Of a stretch of DNA of 64,000 nt, positions 31,223-40,942 are shown in pieces. Position numbers and translations under genes: made by a program. Every line of letters begins with the position of its first letter. Position 1 is the stretch's first letter. The stretch comes from Bacteroidales bacterium (GTDB lineage Bacteria > Bacteroidota > Bacteroidia > Bacteroidales > VadinHA17). A model generated the notes under the pieces. The model was not told where the DNA came from. It saw nothing but the letters and a program-made list of their open reading frames with translations, and did not search any database. The DNA is taken from the NCBI GenBank assembly GCA_021157415.1, contig JAGGWN010000001.1, positions 2,679-66,678 on the forward strand. Reading direction: 5' to 3'.

Positions 31223-34200
31223 TTAATTGTTTTCCGTAATCCACAGCGTAACGATCTCCATAGGTTTCAGCACAAGCTCCCCGGAAACTTCTTTCCTTTT
31301 CACTCCCAGCGGATCAGTAACACATATCGTTCTTTGGGCCTGTTTCTCCCGGGAAAGTCTGAGGGGAAGCATTCTCTCCGAAGGGTTAAATAGTCGCATC
31401 AACCATCCGTTATCCAGTGGCTGAACCCAGGTCACCATCAGGTCATTTTCCGGGACCGGCAGCTCCTGCAGGTTTTTCCCGGCCGGTTTTCCGCCGATGG
31501 CCAGCAAGGGCTGTCCGGTCTCCATACCTTGTTTTTTAGCCCGGGAAAGATCAAACTTTTTGTGAGGAATCATAAAATATCTGAAGACCGTTTTTCCTTC
31601 CTGGGCTGCCCGATAATTGGTTCCCCAATAATTATTCATTACATAGGACAGGATATTCTGCCGGGGTTGTTGCACATGCTTCAGCCAGCCAACCAGATTG
31701 GCATCGGTAGTGATTCTGCCCAGTTCCACCATCCCGGCATCGGGTGTAAACCAGGTGATTCCCTTTTCTTTATCCGACACATCCACCCAGTTCTGAACGG
31801 TAAAATAATTACGGCAAGATCCCGGCAACTGATCTTTTTCAGGACGGTATGCCCCCCAGGCAATATCCATCAAAGTCCGTCCTTCCGGAAGATGAAAAGG
31901 AAACGTAAAAAATACCGACTCGGGGAAATAGATCTTTTGCTTATCCACCGTATTGATGATCTCCACCAGGCTGCTTTCCTTGTAGAGACGTATTTCCCGC
32001 ACCAGACCGTTGGTGCCCGCCGCTCCGGAAGAAAGCACTACCGATTGATATACCGGTCCGTCGGCAGCATACAACAATTTTGTAGGGGCCGGTATCTGCG
32101 GATGATCCGGCTTACGGCCCCTTATATAAACAAACCCGTTGAGTCCCTGTCCGTAAAGCGTATCGGAGAGCTCGGCACCTGTTTCTTTCATCTGAAGAGA
32201 TACCATACTTCCGGTCTTACGGTCCACGGTTATTTTCAGGGAATCATTCTCCAGCACCCACGGATTTTTTCGTGCTGCCATTTTCTGTAAAGGTTTCGCT
32301 TTCTCGTAAATCCGGTATGTTTTCCACCCGAAAGCAGGCACCCCCCCGGCAAAAAACACCCGACTCCCGTCCCTGTTTCTCTGACACGGTACCAACCGGC
32401 CATTTTCATCCGTCACTTCGATATATTTTCTGTTGCCTGTTTTCGGCAACGTAACCAGCCCCGATCTTTTCCACGAAAGGGTGTTCAACACCGTGATTCT
32501 ATTCTGTCCTTCTGAAATTTCTCCGGAGAGGGAGTTTTTCAACAGGGTTTTCGTCTGATCGTCGGCTTTGATGGCAAAATTTCTTTTGACAGCCCATTGG
32601 CTCAGCGTAAAGGGACTTTCCGGTTCACTGATACTGTTCCATGACCCCCAGGTATGCTCATCATACAACAGGATATTTTTCCAGGCATTGTAAAAAGACG
32701 CTTCGGGATAGCGATCGGGATGAAACATGCTGAAGAGCGTTGAAGCCTGCACGATCCTGGTAGCATTGGCACGGTTTATCGCCGTTTCGCGGGCTGAAGA
32801 AGAAGCTCCGTCCGACCAGTAAGGAGTCAGGTCTCCGCGCAGCACCGGCAGATCTTTTCCGTATTTTTTCTCAAACGCCCCAAACAGCCGGCTTACGGTG
32901 GTTATTTCCATTTTCGGAGAAACATATTTTTCGTTCCATTTTTTAACCGCTTCCGACAGCAACGAATCCGGCGGTCCGTTATCTGATCCGATATTATAGC
33001 GCAGAGCCACCATATCATAGGGATAGTTTTTGTCTTTCAGTTCTTTCAGATAAGCAAATATTTCTTTCGGACGGAGTGCATTCTCCAGCGAATGGTTTTC
33101 GAGGGCTCCGTGAAACATGGAATATCCCTTTCCATGCACCCAGCAGAGGACCCTGCCTTTGCCCGAAGGGGACTCCCAGTAGAAAGGTTTATCTCCCAAA
33201 TCGGGGATGATATGGCCGATGCGGTCGAAAGTATTGGTTCCTATCGACAAGTAACGCACGCCGTTGTGTGCCAGCACCGGCACCAATCCCCATGTATATC
33301 CCGGCACATCGCTGATCATGGCAGAGATGAGGGGGACACCGATCGAATCGGCCAGGCGCCTTGCCGGCTCCACCAGTCTCATCAGCTCTTCAGGCCGGCA
33401 GAGGCCGGTGAGCTCATTGGCATACAATGCATCCAGCTCAATCCATCCTTTTTTTATGGCGCTGATCATAGCATCCTTTTTTTCTTTTGAAGCATGATGC
33501 AGGTAAGTCTCCATCGGCCACATACCCTCGGTATTCCACCTGAAGCGTGCTTCTTCCGGATAATTAACGGACTCTTTAGCATACCGCAGGGCCCGCTCCA
33601 GATGATTCCACTGTATGCGTTGCACCTCTGCCTGTACCTGGGTATAACCGATATCCACATGAGAATGATGCAGCAGATAGATTGTTTTTTCCCGAACAGG
33701 TTTGATTTCAATATATTCTTCTGCCAGCACCCGGTGATCCTGGCGGATACCAAAAAGCAGTCTCTTCTTCTTTTTAACAACCGGAACATAAAAACGCCAT
33801 GAGTTCAGTCCCGGAGCCATGCTTTTTGCAGAGACCTCTTTCCCCAGTCTTACCTTCACCGTTTCGGTGTCACCCAGGTGTACGAGATCCACGCGTATCA
33901 TATTCATTTTCTTCCCTTCGTGCCAGACCACAGCCTCCTGTCCTTCAATCTCCAGTTTGGGCTGCACCCCATAACGATAGGTCATGTACCACACCCGGCT
34001 CCCCGCTGTTTCTCCCATGATTTTCAGACGCAAAGGAGCTCCTTTCGTGACCAAACCGGCGGGCACGGAAAGGGTCATGTAACCCATCAAATCGCCGTGT
34101 TTATCCACCATCACACTCCGGAATAAGAGTTGAATCCCTTTTTCTCCTTTGACCAGCCATTTTCCCTGCCGCCGGTTTGAAGGATTGCGGAAAGATAAAA

Positions 34201-34537
34201 CAGAGTCACCATTCATAAACAGGTCGAAACGGTGTTGTTCCCCGTTCACATCTATGGCTGCCAGCCAAAGAAAGCGGGCCGTATCGCGGGCAAAGGTTTC
34301 CGGGACAGGCGCCGTCTCCCACTCGATAAACTGATTACGCTCCAGGCTGCGCACCAGCAGAGCATCCCGGGCTTCCGGCTGGGGTGAATGATATCTCAAC
34401 ACCTCTCCGGAAACTCTTTTACCAAATCCTTTGATGTAGGATACTTCTCCCGTATCGGAAAAGGGAACCGTTTTGTTACATCCTGTAAAAAAGAACACCC
34501 CTGACAGGATATATATAAAAAAGGTTTTTCGATACAT
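31223..34537 (-). CDS. Alpha-mannosidase, GH38-like
   Basis: Lipoprotein signal (FFFTGC). N-terminal catalytic-domain motif YLLHHSHVDIGYT (HxHxD metal site of GH38). The 1104-aa size is consistent with bacterial GH38. Confidence 0.7.
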   Translation of the reverse strand: MYRKTFFIYILSGVFFFTGCNKTVPFSDTGEVSYIKGFGKRVSGEVLRYHSPQPEARDALLVRSLERNQFIEWETAPVPETFARDTARFLWLAAIDVNGEQHRFDLFMNGDSVLSFRNPSNRRQGKWLVKGEKGIQLLFRSVMVDKHGDLMGYMTLSVPAGLVTKGAPLRLKIMGETAGSRVWYMTYRYGVQPKLEIEGQEAVVWHEGKKMNMIRVDLVHLGDTETVKVRLGKEVSAKSMAPGLNSWRFYVPVVKKKKRLLFGIRQDHRVLAEEYIEIKPVREKTIYLLHHSHVDIGYTQVQAEVQRIQWNHLERALRYAKESVNYPEEARFRWNTEGMWPMETYLHHASKEKKDAMISAIKKGWIELDALYANELTGLCRPEELMRLVEPARRLADSIGVPLISAMISDVPGYTWGLVPVLAHNGVRYLSIGTNTFDRIGHIIPDLGDKPFYWESPSGKGRVLCWVHGKGYSMFHGALENHSLENALRPKEIFAYLKELKDKNYPYDMVALRYNIGSDNGPPDSLLSEAVKKWNEKYVSPKMEITTVSRLFGAFEKKYGKDLPVLRGDLTPYWSDGASSSARETAINRANATRIVQASTLFSMFHPDRYPEASFYNAWKNILLYDEHTWGSWNSISEPESPFTLSQWAVKRNFAIKADDQTKTLLKNSLSGEISEGQNRITVLNTLSWKRSGLVTLPKTGNRKYIEVTDENGRLVPCQRNRDGSRVFFAGGVPAFGWKTYRIYEKAKPLQKMAARKNPWVLENDSLKITVDRKTGSMVSLQMKETGAELSDTLYGQGLNGFVYIRGRKPDHPQIPAPTKLLYAADGPVYQSVVLSSGAAGTNGLVREIRLYKESSLVEIINTVDKQKIYFPESVFFTFPFHLPEGRTLMDIAWGAYRPEKDQLPGSCRNYFTVQNWVDVSDKEKGITWFTPDAGMVELGRITTDANLVGWLKHVQQPRQNILSYVMNNYWGTNYRAAQEGKTVFRYFMIPHKKFDLSRAKKQGMETGQPLLAIGGKPAGKNLQELPVPENDLMVTWVQPLDNGWLMRLFNPSERMLPLRLSREKQAQRTICVTDPLGVKRKEVSGELVLKPMEIVTLWITENN

Positions 34538-34610
34538 TACTGATTTGTTTTAATAAAAGATAAAGATATCATTTTCATATCCAATCGCCACACCGCTCCG
34601 TTGGGATCTT

Positions 34611-37304
34611 TTATTTAACGATAACCTCGTCACAAAACATCCATGCTTTCTCGCCAGCTCCCGGCGCCCATTCCGGGCATATCCCCATATTCTTCGCCAC
34701 CATCCGCACATAGCGTGCCTGTACCGGTCCGCCCCTCCATCTCACCGTAAGAATCTCGGGCCCCACAGCGGTAGAGAGCGAATCAGGCCGATACTGATAA
34801 ACAAGAGAATAATCTTTGCCGTTCCGAGAGACATAAAAAGTCACTTCACGCGGAAAGAATATCCAAACTTTCGACTGCTGCAGAAAATGCGACTCCAGCG
34901 TGTCTATCTCCCGCAACGAGTCCAGGTCTATCGTTGCCGACAGATCGACATAGTGATACCCCTGCCAGGTAGGATTCTTATAATTGGCCTGTGCCACCCG
35001 GCCGTCCGTAAGGCCTCCGAATCCCCCGGCATCATACCTGGCCGAGAAAAGCTGGTCCAGGTCCGGCATTCTTCCCAGGGCTTTGTGCACGACAACAGAT
35101 TGTCTGCAGATCCCAAGCTGCTCTCCGTAGCGAAATACGGCTGCCACAATATCTGCATCTTTCCGAACTTGGAATGGCTCTGTATATACCTGCGACGCAG
35201 CATCCGGCATTTTCCCCGTCAGATCATACCGGATCACAGCGCTGTCCATGGTAGTATGTAGTGACACTTCCAGATTACGTCCGGGTTGGCCCACCGCGGT
35301 TTCCAAATCTATCACCGGCACCATTGCCAGATCATCAAACCAGGCTGTTCCCCGGGTATCCAGATAGAGGGAAACAGATACTCTTTGCACGGCCTGGGAA
35401 GGATCCTGCGGTGTGATGAACATTTCATATTCCCGCCAGTCCTGTGTCAGGTCGAAGGATTCTTGCGTGCCCGCCGCCGATAATACAAAACGGGGTGTCG
35501 AAGGAGCCGGTTCCGGATGGAAAAGACGATACAAGAATCCTCTTTTCTCCGGTATCACCAGTGCTGGTGCCGCTTTGGCCCAAATGGTAAGGCGGTAGGT
35601 ACGACCGTAATCCAGGTAAGCAGGGAAAAAGGATAATCCGGCACCTTTTCCATCCTGTGGGGTCACCATTCTGACGGAATGATCTCCGGTGTGAGAGACT
35701 CTGGAATCGACAAAATAAGTAGCTCCCCGGTCTTTCCCGGCACGGGCATAGGCTGCTGACGGCACGCCGGGAACCGGCAGGTACTCAAACCCGGGATCCA
35801 CGATCATATTCAGGTGGTCGGTCTCTCCTTTTACCGGCGCCGGTTTCTTCAGCGAGATCTTATACACCCGTGTTCCAAAAGCATCTATCATTCCGGGCAG
35901 TATGTGTTTCTTTATCGCTACATTCCGGTTTTCGAACATCACCTCTGCCTTCCCCGCCTTCAGCGTGTCGGGTAGCACGATGCGCAATGATCCCGGCTGG
36001 TTTACGGTATTGACACATACCAACACCAGGCTACTGTCCCGCCACCATCCTTTTAATCTGACCTCCTTGTTTCCCGACTTCAGGTTCTTCACCTCATCTC
36101 CCCCACAATACCACGGGGTCAGTTCGGCGGTTTCCAAAGCTATCTTTCCACATTCATCCCAGGCAGCCACCGATTTGGGAAACCCATTCAATCCGTTACG
36201 GATAAAATATTGTATCCCCCGGGCCCCGTTGATCAAAGCCAGGTAAGTCATCACCCGCAGCTCGGAGGGGGTAGGTTCTCTTTGCCACACTTCCGCTCCT
36301 CCGAAAGCCTGTGGGACGATCCAGAGAGGTTTTTCCGGATACAAAGCCTTCATTAAAAGTTTGCTGACATTTTCAACCTCAGTCACCGGCCGGTTGGGTA
36401 TGGGATAAGGATCAGCCATCACAATATCCATGGCCCCGGCATAGCGATATGCTTTCTGCGGAGTCATGAAAACCATGGTCACCGGATGATAAGGATCCAG
36501 TTTCTTGATCAGATTATAAGTCTCCACAAGCGGTCCGGGAGGCTTCCCCTGTCCCACCGGTTCATCGGCAATATACCAGGCCAGCAGGGCCGGGTGATCT
36601 TTGAAGGCCATCACTTCATGGATCAAACGTTCTCTTTTCTCTTCTTCCGAGGCCATCATCTTCGACCTCACACCTCCTCCTCCGGCCACACTCAGCAGAT
36701 TATAGTTGACCTTCACCCCCAGCGCGGCACAACGGTCCATATAGGCCTTGCGCTGCCGGAAAGTCTTCTTTTCTATCCTCTGATAAGGAGACATCATGTT
36801 GAACCCCCGCACCGCCTCTTCTTCCGGCAGGGTCGGATACACCGGAGAGTAGGCATAGAAACCGAAAGGGATCAGCGGCAAACCCTGCACAATCAGGTTT
36901 CCCGTCAAACGATCTGTCTTTACTGCGTTCGCTTTGGGTGGCAAAATCTTTACCATGACCACCGTATCCCACACCAGGCTGTCCGGCTCTCCCCTGATCA
37001 CACATTTTACAGGGGTTTCTCCCTGCTGAAAACCGGAAAGGTCCACCGGAATACGATTCATCCCTCCTGTAAGAGGAAAGCGGGACATCCGACTGTCATT
37101 TTCCAAGAAGATCTCTCCTGAAAAAGATTGCTCCGGAGCCATCTTCTCCAGAAAAATAAGAACTTCGCTCTTTTTCTCCGTGGTATAATAATCCTGTCGT
37201 GTCAGGACTTTGATGCCGCCGGCCCGCAAGGACCAACCATTCACCACCACAACACACAACAAAAACCAACTCTTCATCCGGAACGTGTATAATTTCATAA
37301 TCAA
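34611..37304 (-). CDS. Multidomain secreted glycoside-hydrolase-like protein (TIM-barrel-like core + CBM-like + chitobiase/Hex C-terminal-like + discoidin/F5-8-C-like domains)
   Basis: Signal peptide. The core has clan-A-like strings LLAWYIADEP and LWIVPQAFGG. Later segments are NMIVDPGFE...AWFDDLAMV (CBM4/9-like), AVIRYDLTGKMPDAASQVYTEPF, and a C-terminal LTDGR...ARYVRMVAKN (discoidin-like). Family assignment is uncertain. Confidence 0.55.
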   Translation of the reverse strand: MIMKLYTFRMKSWFLLCVVVVNGWSLRAGGIKVLTRQDYYTTEKKSEVLIFLEKMAPEQSFSGEIFLENDSRMSRFPLTGGMNRIPVDLSGFQQGETPVKCVIRGEPDSLVWDTVVMVKILPPKANAVKTDRLTGNLIVQGLPLIPFGFYAYSPVYPTLPEEEAVRGFNMMSPYQRIEKKTFRQRKAYMDRCAALGVKVNYNLLSVAGGGGVRSKMMASEEEKRERLIHEVMAFKDHPALLAWYIADEPVGQGKPPGPLVETYNLIKKLDPYHPVTMVFMTPQKAYRYAGAMDIVMADPYPIPNRPVTEVENVSKLLMKALYPEKPLWIVPQAFGGAEVWQREPTPSELRVMTYLALINGARGIQYFIRNGLNGFPKSVAAWDECGKIALETAELTPWYCGGDEVKNLKSGNKEVRLKGWWRDSSLVLVCVNTVNQPGSLRIVLPDTLKAGKAEVMFENRNVAIKKHILPGMIDAFGTRVYKISLKKPAPVKGETDHLNMIVDPGFEYLPVPGVPSAAYARAGKDRGATYFVDSRVSHTGDHSVRMVTPQDGKGAGLSFFPAYLDYGRTYRLTIWAKAAPALVIPEKRGFLYRLFHPEPAPSTPRFVLSAAGTQESFDLTQDWREYEMFITPQDPSQAVQRVSVSLYLDTRGTAWFDDLAMVPVIDLETAVGQPGRNLEVSLHTTMDSAVIRYDLTGKMPDAASQVYTEPFQVRKDADIVAAVFRYGEQLGICRQSVVVHKALGRMPDLDQLFSARYDAGGFGGLTDGRVAQANYKNPTWQGYHYVDLSATIDLDSLREIDTLESHFLQQSKVWIFFPREVTFYVSRNGKDYSLVYQYRPDSLSTAVGPEILTVRWRGGPVQARYVRMVAKNMGICPEWAPGAGEKAWMFCDEVIVK

Positions 37305-37352
37305 TATTTTTTATCTCACAGTCTCTCTAATCCTCCGGCTCTTTTTTTCTTC

Positions 37353-38492
37353 TCACTTCTCCGTTTTCCAGGTCAACCCATCCTGCCGGATATGCCATAG
37401 CATATTTTCTTTTGTTCCGGGCAGGGTGATTTCATAGAGGTGATCCGTGATCTGTATGTCGGGGAGTGTTTTGTAACTGTCAAACACAGCCGGATTCACC
37501 TGTAACTCTTCCAGAGAAGACGTAAACCTGCCGGTTTTGTTAAAATAGCGTTTTTCTTTGTAGTAGAGATTGCGCAAGGTCCACTTTACCTGTTCGTCTG
37601 CGGGCATCTCAAAAGCAGTGTGATCCGTTCCTGCTATATGGCCGGAAAAAAGCAAAAACCCCCAGGTTTCCGGCGCATGCATATTGATGATCCCCTGGGG
37701 TGACCACACCCAGTTATTTTCAGGCAGTCGTTTGCCGGCAGTATCTTTACGCACCACATACTTTCCTCCACGCACTTCGGTTTCCCACTCAACCCTGGAA
37801 AAATCGATCCTCCAGATATCGCCGGGTACGGGAGGTTTTTGTTTCGGGGCACATTCTCTCAAAATATTTAACGGCATAGCGATCTCGAGGGTCCATTTTT
37901 CATCTTTATCTCCGGGATGGTTGATGGTGCCGTAAATATGGGTAGCCGTTTGCAGCCCGCGGATATCCCATCCGTTTACCGGCGGCCCACCGTCGCGGTA
38001 AGGTTTTATGAGCATCAGGTCCCAATAGGTGGCCAAGGCATTCATCTCATATTCATAATACTGATGCGTATCCCCGTCGGGGTCGATGAACACCTCGAAG
38101 TCGTTATCATAAAAGATAACCGTATCCCGCTGATGCAGGGTAGCCCATATATCGGGCTCCTCCAGTTCTGCGGCAATGTAAAGATGATCATCATCCCACA
38201 GCATTTTTACCCGGGTATGATAACGGGGCGCCGGTTTTAACGATCCCTCGATATCCGTAAAATATTCCGTCCACAGAGCCTCCCCCCATTCCTGCTCATT
38301 TATGATTCCGTCCACCTTGATTTTCTGTGGGGAACGGTAACAGATGTAATGGCGCGGAGCAAAGGGTATCTTCAACCCGAAGAAAGATTTTTCTTTCGGG
38401 GCATTGTTCTTTTCCGTCTCTTCTTTAGGACGATTGCATCCTGAAAACAACAATACGGGAAGCATCAGTATCAGTAAATTTATTTTCTTCAT
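37353..38492 (-). CDS. CBM9-like (carbohydrate-binding family 9 / DOMON-like) lipoprotein
   Basis: Lipoprotein signal LLFSGC. KIKVDGIINEQEWGEALWTEYFTDIEG resembles the CBM9 N-terminal signature. No catalytic motif recognised. Confidence 0.55.
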   Translation of the reverse strand: MKKINLLILMLPVLLFSGCNRPKEETEKNNAPKEKSFFGLKIPFAPRHYICYRSPQKIKVDGIINEQEWGEALWTEYFTDIEGSLKPAPRYHTRVKMLWDDDHLYIAAELEEPDIWATLHQRDTVIFYDNDFEVFIDPDGDTHQYYEYEMNALATYWDLMLIKPYRDGGPPVNGWDIRGLQTATHIYGTINHPGDKDEKWTLEIAMPLNILRECAPKQKPPVPGDIWRIDFSRVEWETEVRGGKYVVRKDTAGKRLPENNWVWSPQGIINMHAPETWGFLLFSGHIAGTDHTAFEMPADEQVKWTLRNLYYKEKRYFNKTGRFTSSLEELQVNPAVFDSYKTLPDIQITDHLYEITLPGTKENMLWHIRQDGLTWKTEK

Positions 38493-38579
38493 GGCTTGTG
38501 ATCCATTATATGATTCGAGTACAATTCAGAGTTAAAAAAGAGGTTCATTCTGCAAATATGCAACACCATAGAATCAGCT

Positions 38580-39659
38580 TCATACCAGGAAATTCTTCCA
38601 ATGTTTTTCCGACATTCCCCGGAAATTAAACAGGCAGACGCCCTGTGCACCTCCTTTCATGGCATAGTCAACTGCTGCGGACATTCTGTCGGGCGTGACG
38701 GCCGGAACAAAAAGTCCGCTGAACAGGGGAAATTTGCCTTTCAATGCCTCTTCCCCTTCTCTGGTTGCCATTTCGAGCCAGTCAATATCCTTTTCATAGA
38801 AATTATGATACATCATAGGGAAAATTTCGTCCAGGTTCCAGTTTGACCAATCCTGGCGCACCAGTTTCCGGGCAATGGTTGGAGTGGGAAATACCGCAGC
38901 GCTCAGTTTCTTCCCATAACTTTCCGTCACCTCTTTCAGATGATTGACAAGCCTTGTGATGCTGTCCCAACGAAACTCCACCCATGCTTTGTTTGACGAG
39001 GGATCCGTAAGATCCAGAGGGTCCACTCCTGCTTGTTCCCTGAATTTTTTCCTGCAGTCATCGCAATAACAAAAATCGAATTGCGGATATTCCTTATCCT
39101 GTACCAGGTTATACTTTTTCCACAATCCTACCGGTAGGATCACATCGGGGAAACGAATATAATCGAGATGCACACCATTCACGTTTTGCATGGAAGCCAG
39201 GCGGGTTACCCGCTCTGTCAAATAATCTTTCACTCCCTGTTTATTTGGGCACAGCCACTTATAATAACCTACATAGGGGGGATGTTCCAAGATCGATTTT
39301 CCTTCGCGCGAGACCACATACCAGTCGGGGTTTCCTTTCACAATATCAGGATCATTCACCATCAAGGATATAATCCACACATGAAACTCCAGACCCAGTT
39401 GCCGGGCTAGGGCCGCCGCCATCTCCACTTTTTTCTCACTTCCCTTAAACAGGATTCCGGCAAATCCTGCTTTTTTCAGAAACTTCAGGTCTTTCTCTAT
39501 CTCTTTATCATCTTTTTTAGCCGAATACCACACCCATGACGGGACCTTCGCCTGATACCCCCGGCAACCGTTCAGGGCCCAGGGCATCAGGGCAGCTCCT
39601 GTTATCCCCAGAGCTCCCAGTCTGAGAAATTCTCTTTTACTGATCTTTTTCATAATCAA
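38580..39659 (-). CDS. Tat-signal glycoside-hydrolase-like family 10 (GHL10/YngK-like TIM barrel) protein
   Basis: Twin-arginine-like leader KKISKREFLRLGALGITGAALMP. GVHLDYIRFPD is typical of GHL10. Cys cluster FCYCDDCRKKF. Confidence 0.6.
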   Translation of the reverse strand: MIMKKISKREFLRLGALGITGAALMPWALNGCRGYQAKVPSWVWYSAKKDDKEIEKDLKFLKKAGFAGILFKGSEKKVEMAAALARQLGLEFHVWIISLMVNDPDIVKGNPDWYVVSREGKSILEHPPYVGYYKWLCPNKQGVKDYLTERVTRLASMQNVNGVHLDYIRFPDVILPVGLWKKYNLVQDKEYPQFDFCYCDDCRKKFREQAGVDPLDLTDPSSNKAWVEFRWDSITRLVNHLKEVTESYGKKLSAAVFPTPTIARKLVRQDWSNWNLDEIFPMMYHNFYEKDIDWLEMATREGEEALKGKFPLFSGLFVPAVTPDRMSAAVDYAMKGGAQGVCLFNFRGMSEKHWKNFLV

Positions 39660-39664
39660 TTTTT

Positions 39665-40825
39665 TTATCTATGAAATTCTTTGTGAATCGGGTTCAATAA
39701 TTCACCGTGACGGTCTCCGGAATATTCCCAGATCATGATCCCACCAAGATCTTTCTTTTTTAAGTAACGTACTTTAGCTTCCAGAGAACGGGGATTCTCA
39801 TAACTCACAAAAATTGCTTCTTTCTCATTCCACAGGTACGGGGCTTTGGCTTTTTTATCCCAGTAAACATGATAATCCGGGATTTTCATCACAGAATCCG
39901 CAATGGTATGATACTGCCAGTGACCTCCTTTTTTTCTGGCTATCTGACAGAGCCCATTGTTCATTTTTTCCACTCCTCTCCACCAGCGACCGTAAAAAGC
40001 CCCGCCAATCACTATTTTCCCAGGAGGAACGCCTGCCTTCTCAAAAAGCCTGACGGACTGACTTACGGAGTTTCCGTATGGTTCACAGGAGGACTCAAAG
40101 AGATTGGAGATATGGCCTGTTCTGTTATCCCATTCTCCGTAATAATCATACGTCATCACATTGATAAAATCCACCACCTGTGTGATATCTTTAATAACCA
40201 CATGATCAAGCCAGTCTTTGGTAGCCCCTGCATCAATGGATAACAGATAATGCTGGTTGTCGCTTCTCAGAAAAGCCATTCTGTTCAGGGCAATACGCAA
40301 ATCTTCCAGTAACAGGGAGAAGTTCAGTTGGTCGTCCGGAAGATAGTGATTGCCCGCACCGATACGACCGGGATATTCCCAGTCTATGTCCACACCGTCA
40401 ACGTTGTACATGGCCACCATCACCACGAGCTGGCTGGCAAACCGTCGTCGCGACGAATCGGTTCGTGCCACATCCGAAAAATATTTAGAGCCATCCCATC
40501 CTCCCACGCGAAGCAATATTTTCAGCTGGGGGTTCTGTTTTTTCAGGGAGGTAAGATAATACAGGTTTCCCTCATCCCGGGGGTTGGCCAGATAAGGGGT
40601 TCCGTCCTGGCGGATCCTCACAAAAGAGTAATTGATATGAGTCAGATAAGAGGCATTGATCCCCATGTCCGGAATGTTTTTCCATCCCGGCACACAGACA
40701 ATCACCTTTGAAGTCTCATGAGGGTTTTTCTCCTTCTGAAACAGGCAGCCGCCGGACAGCAGGAGCACAACCATCAAAATAAATACAGAAAAAACGTTCC
40801 CTCTTTTATTATTTCCAGAAGTCAT
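39665..40825 (-). CDS. GH18 glycoside hydrolase (second copy)
   Basis: Catalytic motif VDGVDIDWEYPG, C-terminal GGIMIWEYSGD, and an N-terminal signal/anchor VFILMVVLLLSGGC. Confidence 0.85.
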   Translation of the reverse strand: MTSGNNKRGNVFSVFILMVVLLLSGGCLFQKEKNPHETSKVIVCVPGWKNIPDMGINASYLTHINYSFVRIRQDGTPYLANPRDEGNLYYLTSLKKQNPQLKILLRVGGWDGSKYFSDVARTDSSRRRFASQLVVMVAMYNVDGVDIDWEYPGRIGAGNHYLPDDQLNFSLLLEDLRIALNRMAFLRSDNQHYLLSIDAGATKDWLDHVVIKDITQVVDFINVMTYDYYGEWDNRTGHISNLFESSCEPYGNSVSQSVRLFEKAGVPPGKIVIGGAFYGRWWRGVEKMNNGLCQIARKKGGHWQYHTIADSVMKIPDYHVYWDKKAKAPYLWNEKEAIFVSYENPRSLEAKVRYLKKKDLGGIMIWEYSGDRHGELLNPIHKEFHR

Positions 40826-40942
40826 TCTCCAAACCTAAAAAAAATATACCTTTTGTTTTCCCGCGACATTTGTCAAAACTACCAAGATCCGGCAGTATTG
40901 CCAAATATTTCCTACATAAAGTACACCCCGCAGCGATGAACC

